Shown in pieces: positions 48,680 through 58,076 of a stretch of DNA of 64,000 nt. The DNA comes from an uncultured Planctomycetales bacterium. Its GTDB lineage: Bacteria > Planctomycetota > Phycisphaerae > UBA1845 > Fen-1342. The position numbers and the translations under genes were made by a program. A model generated the notes under the pieces. That model worked only from the letters and a program-made list of their open reading frames with translations, was not told where the DNA came from and did no database searches. The stretch is taken from NCBI GenBank assembly GCA_964468185.1, contig CAYXTR010000015.1:61837-125836 (forward strand), given 5' to 3'. The stretch's first letter is position 1. The number at the start of each line of letters is the position of its first letter.

Positions 48680-49114
48680 CTATCCACCAATCAGCGACAC
48701 GAAGGGGCTGATGTCGTCGAAGTCGACGTCGCCGTCCTCGTCGCAGTCGGCGTTGAGCCAGTGGCAGTCGGGGAACTGGGCCTCATAGCCCGCCTGGCCG
48801 CTCAAGGCGAGGACAAACGGGCTGATATCGTCAAAGTCCACGTCACCGTCGCAGTCGAGGTCGCCGAGGACCGGCTCCGGCCCGCTCGGCAGCGCCCAGA
48901 AGCCGCCGACGAGGGTGAAGCCGCCGCCGGTCATGGCGACGGTCATCGCGTCGGGCTGGCCGATGGTGCCGGAGAGTGTAAAGCCATCGCCGGTGGCATT
49001 CATCACGCCGCCGGAATCGATGGTGGACCAGTCGAGGGTGAAGTCGTCGGCCGTTGCGGTGAGCGTACCGGAGCCGATCAGAATCGCTGCGATAATCCGC
49101 AATATATGTTTCAT
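48680..49114 (-). CDS. Small secreted protein: Gly/Thr-rich beta-strand repeats + C-terminal dockerin-like double repeat
   Basis: Signal peptide MKHILRIIAAILIGSGTLTATA; 'GGFTLSGTIGQPD...GGGFTLVGGFW'; 'DLDCDGDVDFDDISPFVLALSGQAGYEAQFPDCHWLNADCDEDGDVDFDDISPFVSLIGG'. Confidence 0.7.
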   Translation of the reverse strand: MKHILRIIAAILIGSGTLTATADDFTLDWSTIDSGGVMNATGDGFTLSGTIGQPDAMTVAMTGGGFTLVGGFWALPSGPEPVLGDLDCDGDVDFDDISPFVLALSGQAGYEAQFPDCHWLNADCDEDGDVDFDDISPFVSLIGG

Positions 49115-49129
49115 GTCGATTGCTCCTCT

Positions 49130-50245
49130 CTATTGGCCAATGGTGACAGTGCCACCTGCGGCCTCGATCGTCATTGCGTTGTTGAGGGTGTATGTCCCGC
49201 CAACAGCGCCAGCCTTGATCGTCAGCACACCGCCGGTGGCGACATCGTTCACACCCTCGCTCAGGCTGTTCCAGGGATTCCAGAACGAACCGTCTTCGCT
49301 GCCGCTGTGCCCGAAATCGACCCACACGCCGACATTGCTGTCCCCGGTGAGCAGGAACATCGCGTAGTAGCCGATGCGCGAGCAGTCGTAGGCGATGCGC
49401 ATATAGCCATCCTCGCCCCAGTTCTCGCCCCACGAGTTCTTCATGTACCACGCGCCGTCGCCGTCGTCCCAGCCAACCAGCAGAACACAGTGATTGGTGG
49501 TCTCATCGGCGCAGGCGTTGAACACGCCATCAGTGTAGGCCTGGAACGCATCATCCACGTACACCAGACAGACGATCGGCCCGTAGTCAAGCAACGCCTG
49601 CTTGATCTGTGCCACGGTCGGTTGAGTCCACACAGAGCCGGACACGTACCCGCTGTTGAACAGGTGGTACGGATGCCCATACGGGCAGCCACACGGCGCA
49701 TCCCAGCCGACATATGGGAACTCACTCTCCCAAACGGCTCCATTGTCGCCGCAGGGGTCCGTGGGGCCGCCGGCCTCCATGTACTGCAACGCAGACGAAT
49801 GCTGACCGCCATCGCAAGTCCCCGCATCGGTGCAGCTCACCAGCCACTGCTCCGAAAGGTCCGGGCCGAACCGATCGTTGATGTAGATCAGCCCCTCGAA
49901 CGCACCGATCGCGCCAAATGCCCAGCAACTGCCACATGACGCCTGATTGCGCACCGCCGTGACGCAGTTCCAATGCCGCCAGTCCCACCAGGTGCGGGAG
50001 GGCAGGTCACGCGTCGGCATCACAGGCGGCGTGGGCGCTGTCGCCTCGATCAAGGTCGGGTCAGAGCCGCACAAATCTGCCAATGGGCGATCGGTGGCGC
50101 CATTGTGGCCCACCGTGAATGTCCAGCCCTCCGCGAGCCCCCGCGCTCGCAAGGACTCGATGTCGCCATCCGTCAATTGGGCGTCTGCTGCCACGCCGAG
50201 CGATAGCAGTGCCATGAAAGTGACCATGTAGTGTCGTTTCTTCAC
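49130..50245 (-). CDS. Secreted papain-family (C1) cysteine peptidase
   Basis: GTG start with AGGAG RBS; signal peptide; active-site 'NQASCGSCWAFGAIGAFE' (Cys) and 'HCVLLVGWDD...NSWGENWGEDGYMRI' (His/Asn); C-terminal about 100-aa Gly-rich beta domain. Confidence 0.8.
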   Translation of the reverse strand: MKKRHYMVTFMALLSLGVAADAQLTDGDIESLRARGLAEGWTFTVGHNGATDRPLADLCGSDPTLIEATAPTPPVMPTRDLPSRTWWDWRHWNCVTAVRNQASCGSCWAFGAIGAFEGLIYINDRFGPDLSEQWLVSCTDAGTCDGGQHSSALQYMEAGGPTDPCGDNGAVWESEFPYVGWDAPCGCPYGHPYHLFNSGYVSGSVWTQPTVAQIKQALLDYGPIVCLVYVDDAFQAYTDGVFNACADETTNHCVLLVGWDDGDGAWYMKNSWGENWGEDGYMRIAYDCSRIGYYAMFLLTGDSNVGVWVDFGHSGSEDGSFWNPWNSLSEGVNDVATGGVLTIKAGAVGGTYTLNNAMTIEAAGGTVTIGQ

Positions 50246-50254
50246 GAGTAACTC

Positions 50255-51574
50255 CTATTGCGGCTGGACCAGCATGAGGACCAGACCTTTGCCTTCGTTA
50301 AGCTGCGTCATGGCCTTGCCGATGACGGCGCCGATGCCCTGTTCGTTGTTCGTGACTTTCATCGCATGCCCCGGCGTGGTTGACGTGGTCAGCCGGTCAC
50401 CGGGCGTGATGGCCGCGCTCGATGCGTCGCACCAGACGTAGACTTTGCCGGCCATCGCGATGGGGTGTTCGCCTTCGGACGTCGCGTGCCCTTCCTGCTT
50501 CATGATCATGCCGGGATTCACGCCGCCCGCACCGCTGATCACGCCGGCGACCTTGCGGTCGTAGGCTTCGGTGGCCAGCATCAACTTGCCGGGATTCGCG
50601 GGATCGATGGACACCACCATGCCGGGCTGGATTGCTTCAACACCTTGGCCGGCGTCGGAGACGTGAGCAGGTTCCGCGAGGTCGGACCCGCCGGTGATTT
50701 CTAAGACAGGAACTCTGGTGCGCGTTCGGAGGTTTATAGGTCCACCATGTTCGATGAGGATACGCTCGTCAGAACCGGAGCCGCTTCGGATGCTGACATT
50801 CCACCCGGATAGCCTTGTCGAACCGCCGCCTTCCTGCCCCGTGCCGATGTAGTACAGATCTCCCTGCGGGGATAGGCGCACGGGATGATTGTCCATCTGA
50901 ATGGGGCCACTGAACGAGGTGGTTCCGTCGCCCGTGACCCTAAGGCGTTCGGGATACGTAAGTCCGCCATCGGCAGACGTTTGCACGACAAACTCGCCGC
51001 GGCTGCCTGTGTTACCGATCGCGCCGAACCGAATGCGGCGGTTCCCCGAGCCAGCCTCGATCAGATTCTCCTCGAACGACCCTCCAGGCGGATTCTGGAT
51101 GCTCAGTGCGACGCCCGGTCCGTCGGGTACGACGCGGAGCTTTCCGATTGAATCTCCGATGGCGGCTCCAATCCGCACATCGCCAGCGTCGTTCACCGCG
51201 ATTCCGCGCGTAATCAGTGAATACGCCGCAGACGTAACCGCCTGCCGTGGTGCAAGTTCAGCCGCGCCGTTGATACTGATGCCCAGCCAGACCGCGCCGC
51301 TGTCGCTCGGCAGCGCCGCCGCTGGCACGCCGCCCGTCGTCTGTGAACCGATGTTGATCGTGAACAGCCCGTTCGGCCGGGGGACGTCTTGGTGAGTCTC
51401 ACTCCAGAGCAGAGTCCCGCCAGACTCCGCATCGTAGAACCGCACCTCGATGCTGACCGGATCGGTGCCATTCCCCGTCAGCCGGCCCTGAAACGTCATC
51501 TCCCGTGGCACGTCGGCCACGGTCAGTGCCGTGACGCCGAGCAGGGCCCCAATTACGAACATACGCTTGTACAT
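50255..51574 (-). CDS. Secreted tail-fibre-like surface protein (paralog A)
   Basis: ATG 51574 (MYKRMFVIGALLGVTALTVA signal); N-terminal 'MTFQGRLTGNGTDPVSIEVRFYDAESGGTLLWSETH...NGLFTINIG' module seen in phage tail-fibre-like surface proteins; C-terminal about 140 aa about 75% identical to paralog B. The ORF-track 5' extension to 52534 is an antisense artefact. Confidence 0.7.
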   Translation of the reverse strand: MYKRMFVIGALLGVTALTVADVPREMTFQGRLTGNGTDPVSIEVRFYDAESGGTLLWSETHQDVPRPNGLFTINIGSQTTGGVPAAALPSDSGAVWLGISINGAAELAPRQAVTSAAYSLITRGIAVNDAGDVRIGAAIGDSIGKLRVVPDGPGVALSIQNPPGGSFEENLIEAGSGNRRIRFGAIGNTGSRGEFVVQTSADGGLTYPERLRVTGDGTTSFSGPIQMDNHPVRLSPQGDLYYIGTGQEGGGSTRLSGWNVSIRSGSGSDERILIEHGGPINLRTRTRVPVLEITGGSDLAEPAHVSDAGQGVEAIQPGMVVSIDPANPGKLMLATEAYDRKVAGVISGAGGVNPGMIMKQEGHATSEGEHPIAMAGKVYVWCDASSAAITPGDRLTTSTTPGHAMKVTNNEQGIGAVIGKAMTQLNEGKGLVLMLVQPQ

Positions 51575-51683
51575 GTTGCCAGTCTCCCTCACTTGGCGAT
51601 CCGGGTGGGCCAAACGCCGTTGTTTGGGCCGCCGGACCACGATAAACTCTTTTCCAACCAGAGCTTTTGACAGGAGGCCCAGG

Positions 51684-51917
51684 TTGAACCTTCCCGATTT
51701 CATCGTTTGCGACCCGCAAATCTGCGGCGGGCAGCCCGTCTTCCGCGGGACCCGCGTCACGCTGCGCACGGTGCTCGCCAGCCTGGCCGCCGGGGACGAC
51801 ATCCCCGATGTGCTGCGCGACTTCCCGACCCTGACCGCTGAACAGGTGTGGGCGGCCGTCGCGTTCGCGGCGGCGTCGGCCCAGGATGACCTGCCGATTC
51901 CGGGGTTGCCGGTCTGA
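51684..51917 (+). CDS. DUF433-family antitoxin-like protein (TTG start)
   Basis: CAGGAGG RBS 6 nt before TTG 51684; 'DFIVCDPQICGGQPVFRGTRVTLRTVLASLAAGDDIPDVLRDFPTLTAEQVWAAVAFAA' is the DUF433 signature. Confidence 0.7.
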   Translation: MNLPDFIVCDPQICGGQPVFRGTRVTLRTVLASLAAGDDIPDVLRDFPTLTAEQVWAAVAFAAASAQDDLPIPGLPV

Positions 51918-51920
51918 GCC

Positions 51921-52304
51921 ATGCGATTGAAGCTCGACGAAAACATGCCGGCGTCGCTGGCGGCTGCCTTGAGCACGAAGGGCCATGACGTCGACACGAG
52001 TCCCGCGGCGGGCCTTGCCGGCCGCTCTGATGCGGACGTCTGGGCGGCCACCCAGGCCGCGCAGCGGCTGCTGATCACGCAGGATCTCGATTTCTCCGAT
52101 ATCCGGCGATATGAGCCCGGTACGCACCATGGACTGCTGCTGGTCCGGCTGCGCGAGCCGTCGCGCACGCGTCTGGCGGACCGTGTGTTGCAGGTCTTTG
52201 CGCTGCCGGAAGCGGCGGAATGGAATGGGTGTTTCGTGGTGGTCACCGACCGCAAGGTCCGCGTGCGCGCTGCGCGCGGCGAAGGCCGCACGGACTCCGC
52301 GTGA
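51921..52304 (+). CDS. DUF5615-family PIN-like putative toxin
   Basis: 'MRLKLDENMPASLAAALSTKGHDV...DADVWAATQAAQRLLITQDLDF' typical of DUF5615 (Mut7-C/PIN-like) partners of DUF433; begins 4 nt after the DUF433 stop. Confidence 0.75.
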   Translation: MRLKLDENMPASLAAALSTKGHDVDTSPAAGLAGRSDADVWAATQAAQRLLITQDLDFSDIRRYEPGTHHGLLLVRLREPSRTRLADRVLQVFALPEAAEWNGCFVVVTDRKVRVRAARGEGRTDSA

Positions 52305-52350
52305 CTTGCACACCCAGACATTACCCACAACCGCGGCACGGCGTATTGCC

Positions 52351-53742
52351 CTACTGCGGCTGGACCAACAGCAGGACCAGACCCTTCCCTTCTTTCAATA
52401 CCGTCATCGCTTTGCCGATGACGCAGCCGCGCGGGAAGTCGCGCGTGTGATCCGCGCGCATCGCGTGACCGGGGGTGTTCGATGTGGTCAACAGATCGCC
52501 GGGCTGGATCGGCCCGTTCGCGTCGGCGTCGCACCAGACGTACACCTTGCCGGCCATGGCGATGGGGTGTTCGCCTTCGGCCGTCGGGTGGCCTTCCTGC
52601 TTCATGATCATGCCTGGCTGCACACCGCCAGCGCCGCTGATCACGCCGGCGACCTTGCGGTCATAGGCTTCGGTCGCAAGCATCAGCTTGCCGGGGTTCT
52701 TCGGGTCGATCGAGACGACCATCCCCGGCTGGATCGCTTCGGCACCCTGGCCGGCATCCGAGACCTCAGCGGGTTCCGCGAGGTCGGAGCCGCCGGTGAT
52801 TTGGAGAATCTTGGAGACTGTCGTGCCCTGGACGTCGAGCGTCATGGCACCCGGGCCATTTGCGCTATACAAGCGAAGCGCACGAGAAGTACTGACTCGC
52901 ATCCGCACGTCAAAATCCAGCGACGTGTCATTCTCGAATGCGAAGTCGATGTACGGACCATTGTTGGGTGAGTTATTGCCGCGAAGTTCAATAAAGCCTT
53001 GGCCGTCGTAGCCAAACGTACCGCCGAAGCGCCCGGTAGGATCTGGACCAGCACTGACACCAGCCGTCGAAAACACCCAACCTGCCACCGAAAGAGGCGA
53101 TGGAGGGTCTGGAAGACCGATGCCGACATAACCGCCGAGCGGGTTGATTAGCACATTTCCGTATGTCGACGGCAATGATCGGTAGCTCTGCAGCCGCAGG
53201 TCGCCTTGATTCATCTCATCTACGTCGAAACTTGCCCCGGGTGAACCTACGAGCCTATCGCCAAGCCATAGCTCCGCTTCTGTGCCACCAGCGGGTCCTA
53301 CTTCCAGACGTCCGCCCGTACTGGGAGCGCCGATTCCGACGTTCCCCGCTTCATCAACAAACACGCCCCGCGTATTTAGCGAGTAGGCCGCCGCGGTCAC
53401 GCGCTGCCGCGGCGTCAGTTCGGCGCCTTGGTTCACACTTACAGATAGCCATACCTCGTCGGTCGCGCTCGGCAGTGCCGCCGCCGGGATGCCGCCGGTC
53501 GTCTGCGACCCAATATTGATCGTGAACAACCCCTCCGGCCGCGCGACGCTCGGGTGCGTCTCGCTCCACAGTAGATTGCCGCCCGTCTCGGCGTCGTAGA
53601 AGCGGACTTCAATGTCCACCGGTCCGGTCCCGTTCCCCGACAGCCGGCCCTGAAACGTCATCTCCCGCGGCACGTCGGCCATGGCCACCACTGCCAGGGC
53701 GGCAAGGCACACGCCTGCGCCCAGTCTGAGTCCGCTGTTCAT
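52351..53742 (-). CDS. Secreted tail-fibre-like surface protein (paralog B)
   Basis: ATG 53742 with AAGGAGG RBS; signal peptide MNSGLRLGAGVCLAALAVVAMA; same N-terminal 'MTFQGRLSGNGTGPVDIEVRFYDAETGGNLLWSETH' module and C-terminal domain as paralog A. Confidence 0.7.
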   Translation of the reverse strand: MNSGLRLGAGVCLAALAVVAMADVPREMTFQGRLSGNGTGPVDIEVRFYDAETGGNLLWSETHPSVARPEGLFTINIGSQTTGGIPAAALPSATDEVWLSVSVNQGAELTPRQRVTAAAYSLNTRGVFVDEAGNVGIGAPSTGGRLEVGPAGGTEAELWLGDRLVGSPGASFDVDEMNQGDLRLQSYRSLPSTYGNVLINPLGGYVGIGLPDPPSPLSVAGWVFSTAGVSAGPDPTGRFGGTFGYDGQGFIELRGNNSPNNGPYIDFAFENDTSLDFDVRMRVSTSRALRLYSANGPGAMTLDVQGTTVSKILQITGGSDLAEPAEVSDAGQGAEAIQPGMVVSIDPKNPGKLMLATEAYDRKVAGVISGAGGVQPGMIMKQEGHPTAEGEHPIAMAGKVYVWCDADANGPIQPGDLLTTSNTPGHAMRADHTRDFPRGCVIGKAMTVLKEGKGLVLLLVQPQ

Positions 53743-53977
53743 TCTGCCAACCTCCTTTTTTCCGTAGCTCCAAGCGAGCATGGACCCGATGGGATCCGTG
53801 CCCCGCGAGCGATCGTCCGGCCGCGTATGGCCGGCGCTCACTTCGTATGGTCAGAAGCGGGCCCTCCCTTTCGCGCATGCTGGGAGATTTCTGAGAAACG
53901 TGCCGTTCAGCACCATCGGCAATGAATTGGTGCGGTACGGGTCATGACCGGTGTGCCGGCGGCAACGTCCGTTGAGA

Positions 53978-56704
53978 TCAGTCTTTGCGCGACGCCTCGC
54001 GGTAGTCGTACAGGGGATGGGCGGCGTAGAGGGCTTCAAAATGTGAGCGCTCCTCTTCGAGTCCGAGCGCCGCAAACAACTCGACGAAGGAGGCCAGCGT
54101 TTCAATCTCGGCCATGCGCTGTGCCGTCAGTACCGAACCTTCGCATGCGGAGAAATCGACGGTCCGCAGACGCAGGTAAGCGTCAGCGAGCACGTCCTGC
54201 GCCTCGACACACCTACCCTGCCGAATCAGCGCCCGGGCCAGGATCGCCGACGTATCCTGATAAACGTCGTCGCCCTCAGCACTCCGCGTCACCTGCTCGG
54301 CAGCGAGTGCGTCGCGCAGGAACGCCTCGGCCTCCCCGTACCGCTCTTGACGCATGCGGATGCCGCCCAGTTGCTTCAGGCAGACGGCCCGCCGAATGTG
54401 TCCCGGCTGGTGCCGCTCCACGAGCGTCAAGCCGGCCCTGAAGTACTTCTCAGCCAAGTCCAATCGATTGGCGGCGGAGTATGTGAAGGCCTGGTTGATT
54501 GTGGGCACAATCAGCCCCGGATGATCCGTTCCCATCCGGGCGCGATGTTGTGCAAGCACTTCCTCCTGGAGCGCAGCCGCCTGATCCAGTTGGCCCAGCG
54601 CGTGATAGGTCAGCGCCAGGTGGCCGCGCACGTTAGCGATGGTGGGGTGGTTCTGCGGATAGATCGCGGTGTAGGCCGCGAGGACATCGCGGTACGTCTC
54701 TCCCGCCTGCTCGTGCGCTCCCATTCGCATGGCGACCATCCCCAGGCGGTGGCGCGCTGCAATCGTCTGGGGGTGTTGTCCGCCCTGTGCGCGCTCGCGC
54801 GTCTCAAGGGCCTGCAAATAGCGCTGCCGGGCAGCGCTGTACGCACCGGCTGAAAGCAGATGGTCCCCGTAGGCCTCCATCGCGGCGGCGTAGCGAAGGT
54901 CGTCCGGCGAAAGGCCGCGCTCGGCGAGTGACAGCAATTCATCGTACAAGGCCCCTTCCCGGTCAAACTGGGCACGGGCGCTTGCAATCCCGGCGAGGAT
55001 GGTGAGCGCGTCGAACACCTCAGGCGTGTCCGGCCCGAGGTGGCGTCGATAGGCGGCTATCGCCGCCTCGGCATGTCTGGTAGCCGTGTCGAACTGCGCC
55101 AAGCGATAGTGGGCGGTGGCCAGCGACACACGCGTGTCGGTCGGCTCCAGCGCGTCCTCGCCGAACGTATTGCTTCGCAAGGCCAGTGCTTCCTCCAGCA
55201 ACGGCAGGGCATCGGCCGGCATCGCCAGCTTCAGATAAACACGCCCCACCGCATCCAGCAAGCTGGCCCGGACTTCCGGCTCGTCTCGCAGCTCCGTCCG
55301 CAAGCGCCGTACGCCTTCATCGAGCAACTCACGGGCTGTGACGGGATCATCGGACAGCTCGACCGGCATCGGCCGCTCGAAGAGGTTAATCAGGAAATCG
55401 GTTACTTGCTGTGCGGTGTGGGCTTCGCGCTCGGCGGCACGCTGAGCCACCTGAGCCTGCTCGGCATTACGCGTTGATTGGCGGTAAAGCCCGAACGTCA
55501 CGCCCGTCGCTACACCGAGCAGGAGCATGAGCCCGAAGATCAGGAGTGCCACGACGCGATGACGTCGCGCGAGCTTGCTGAGAACGTAGACGGCGCTATC
55601 ACGCCGCGCGGTGATGGGCTCGTGTGCGAGAAAGCGACGCAGGTCTTCCGCCAGCAGACCCGCGGATGCATAGCGACGCGTCGGGTCCTTTGCCAGCGCT
55701 TTGCTGACGATGACCTCCAGGTCACCTCGCAGCGACGGATCCACCCTTCCCAGTCGGGGCGGATCCTGTTCTTCGACACGCCGGGCGGCTTCAGTCACCG
55801 GCAGGGCCCGTAAGTCGTATGGCAGCCGCCCGGTCAGCAATTCGAAGAGTACCACGCCGAGAGCATACACATCGCAACGTGTATCCACGGTGCGGACCGA
55901 ACCGCGCAGTTGCTCGGGCGCCATATACTCCAGCGTCCCGACCAGGTGCCCAACCTCGGTGCGCAGCGTACCCTTGTGAATCTCCGGATCGAGGGCGCGT
56001 GCGATGCCAAAATCTAGGATCTTCGGACGGCCCGTATTGGTGACGAAGATGTTGCCGGGCTTGAGATCGCGATGGATGATGCCGCGCTGGTGTGCATGCT
56101 CGACCGCGTCGCAAATCGCGGCCGCGAGTTCCAGCCGGGCCGGCCTTCCCATGCCCGTTAGCCGCACATGGTCAAGCAGCGGGTGACCATCAACCAATTC
56201 CATGACCAGGTACGCACCAGGAGCATCCACCAGCTCGACGGTGCCGGCGTCATATATGTGTGCGATGCCCGGATGATCGAGACGTGCAAGCAACTCGGCC
56301 TCGTACTCCAGGCGGCGGCGGGCGACGTGCGTCGTACGGGATGGGTGCAACAGCTTGACAGCCACGCGACGCGGCGGCGACACCTGCCGTGCCTCCCACA
56401 CGACGCTCATGCCCCCCTCGCCCAGCTTGTGGAGCAGTTCGTAATCTCCGATGCGACTGCCCGGCGCGGCGACCAACGCGGGTAACACCTCAGTGGTCGT
56501 CGCGTGTCCGGCCTCGTCTTGATCCGGTAAGGAAGACAACGAGCGCCGCACGCGGGTCAGCAGGGTCTCATTCGCCGACTGCTCCTGGAGGAGGTGTCGG
56601 CACGCGGCGCACGTGGCGGAGTGTCGCAGCCACCGTCGCGTGTCCTCTTCGGTCAGCTCACCGGCCGACAGCCGTTCCAGTACGTCCAGCGTGAGACACT
56701 GCAT
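53978..56704 (-). CDS. Ser/Thr protein kinase with N-terminal anti-sigma-like zinc-finger motif, one TM helix and C-terminal TPR array
   Basis: N-terminus 'LRHSATCAACRHLLQEQ'; Hanks kinase motifs (LGEGGMSVVWEAR, AVKLL, HRDLKPGNIFV, DFGIA, APE); TM 'VVALLIFGLMLLLGVATGVTFGLY'; about 10 TPR-like repeats. Confidence 0.85.
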   Translation of the reverse strand: MQCLTLDVLERLSAGELTEEDTRRWLRHSATCAACRHLLQEQSANETLLTRVRRSLSSLPDQDEAGHATTTEVLPALVAAPGSRIGDYELLHKLGEGGMSVVWEARQVSPPRRVAVKLLHPSRTTHVARRRLEYEAELLARLDHPGIAHIYDAGTVELVDAPGAYLVMELVDGHPLLDHVRLTGMGRPARLELAAAICDAVEHAHQRGIIHRDLKPGNIFVTNTGRPKILDFGIARALDPEIHKGTLRTEVGHLVGTLEYMAPEQLRGSVRTVDTRCDVYALGVVLFELLTGRLPYDLRALPVTEAARRVEEQDPPRLGRVDPSLRGDLEVIVSKALAKDPTRRYASAGLLAEDLRRFLAHEPITARRDSAVYVLSKLARRHRVVALLIFGLMLLLGVATGVTFGLYRQSTRNAEQAQVAQRAAEREAHTAQQVTDFLINLFERPMPVELSDDPVTARELLDEGVRRLRTELRDEPEVRASLLDAVGRVYLKLAMPADALPLLEEALALRSNTFGEDALEPTDTRVSLATAHYRLAQFDTATRHAEAAIAAYRRHLGPDTPEVFDALTILAGIASARAQFDREGALYDELLSLAERGLSPDDLRYAAAMEAYGDHLLSAGAYSAARQRYLQALETRERAQGGQHPQTIAARHRLGMVAMRMGAHEQAGETYRDVLAAYTAIYPQNHPTIANVRGHLALTYHALGQLDQAAALQEEVLAQHRARMGTDHPGLIVPTINQAFTYSAANRLDLAEKYFRAGLTLVERHQPGHIRRAVCLKQLGGIRMRQERYGEAEAFLRDALAAEQVTRSAEGDDVYQDTSAILARALIRQGRCVEAQDVLADAYLRLRTVDFSACEGSVLTAQRMAEIETLASFVELFAALGLEEERSHFEALYAAHPLYDYREASRKD

Positions 56705-56750
56705 AGCCCCGCATCCTCACTCCCGTATGGTCGGGCGGCGTCGAGATCTT

Positions 56751-57329
56751 TCACGCCGGCTCGCCGAATTCTTCGTAGAGCTCCCGCAGGCGGTTCATGA
56801 CCCGTGACTTGGCGATGTAGACCGTGTTTACGCTAAGTTCAAGCTGCTCGGCAACTTCCGATGCGGACTCACCCTCGAGCGCGTAGCGGCGAAAAGCCTC
56901 GTAGGTCACACGGCTGACCTCCGCACGCACCAGGCCCAGCACCGTTTTGAGCAAAGCCGCCTCCCAGACGCGGTCAAGGGCAGCGTCCGGAAGGTCGTGC
57001 GAACACGCGACCGACTCATCCAAACTCTGACTACGCAATCGCTTATGGCGACGATACTGCTCGCGGATCCGATTGGCCAGTACGCCGCGGATCCAGTTGC
57101 GGAGGCGACCGCGATCGCGTTCGTACTTGCCCTCCTTGAGACCGCCAAAGACGGCCAGCAGGGTGTCCTGCGTGACGTCGTCGGCGTCATCGGGTCGGAG
57201 GCCGGCCTGGAGCGCAACTGCTTTGAGCATCGGCTGATAGAGCGCGCAAAGCTCACGCCAGGCGGCCTGTCCGTTGCCGCTTTGCAAGTCGTGAATAAAG
57301 GTAGTGCGTGTACGACTGGCCCGAATCAT
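56751..57329 (-). CDS. ECF-type RNA polymerase sigma-70 factor
   Basis: ATG 57329 (GGAGAGG RBS); region 2 'YQPMLKAVALQAGLRPDDADDVTQDTLLAVF', region 4 'SEVAEQLELSVNTVYIAKSRVMNRLR'. The ORF-track extension to 57803 is non-coding-looking. Confidence 0.8.
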   Translation of the reverse strand: MIRASRTRTTFIHDLQSGNGQAAWRELCALYQPMLKAVALQAGLRPDDADDVTQDTLLAVFGGLKEGKYERDRGRLRNWIRGVLANRIREQYRRHKRLRSQSLDESVACSHDLPDAALDRVWEAALLKTVLGLVRAEVSRVTYEAFRRYALEGESASEVAEQLELSVNTVYIAKSRVMNRLRELYEEFGEPA

Positions 57330-58076
57330 CCTCTCCGCCCCGGCCAAGAACCACAATGGACACAGTATAGCATCTGCCGTCTCGCAATGCGGCCCCGCCA
57401 CCCGCGACTTTTTCCGCTTTTCCGTGAAAGGAATCTCGCACCGGAGTCCACAAGAAGAGCAGGGCGAGTCGTGGGTGGCGCAACACAGATCACCAGGGGC
57501 CCGCTCGCCTGTGGGAGAAACGGGAGACGGGACGACAAGTGAGGGGCTGTGCACATCACTTGCCCGGCGGATGGGACCGCCGGACGTCACCAGGACAACA
57601 CGAAGCAGGCCGCCGCGCAGCGGATATGCCGGCAAGCGACTCGGCATGCAACCAGAGATCCCTGTGCGCGTCACTCGACACGCCGGGGATGGAACAAAGG
57701 CGAAGGAGAAGCGCGATGCGTACGGAAATGATGAAGCCTTCGTTAGTCGGAATGAGCGCGGCGCTGCTGAAGGCCGCGTGGGGATCCACACCAGTGGCGG
57801 CACAGGATGCGGGTTCGATTGTCGGGTGGGGCAGTCGAGTCGTGGGCGTGGACCTGACTCATGACTGCATTTCTGTGGCGGTGGGTGTCGCCATCCTCAG
57901 TAGCTAAATCCAGAACCCGCGAGGGTACAGATCGTCCACGCGCGGGCCTATGCCATCGACAACGGGGTGCGATGATGATTCGGAAGAAAATCTGCAAGCG
58001 AACGCAACACACGTCCGCCATGAAGGTAGGGGGACGTTCTCTTACACCGGCCGATCACACACAGAAGGAGAGCACC

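Noticed and set aside
48485-49939. 484-aa ORF on + strand
   Set aside because: Antisense to the dockerin protein and C1 peptidase genes; contains mirror-image 'VDVAVLVAVGVEP' shadows of the dockerin repeats.
51399-52328. 309-aa ORF on - strand
   Set aside because: Antisense to the DUF433/DUF5615 pair and the 5' region of paralog A; Arg-rich low complexity.
51575-52534. 5' extension of the 759-aa ORF (50255..52534)
   Set aside because: The real start is ATG 51574 (signal peptide MYKRMFVIGALLG). The extension overlaps the TA operon on the opposite strand and is Arg/Ser/Ala-rich.
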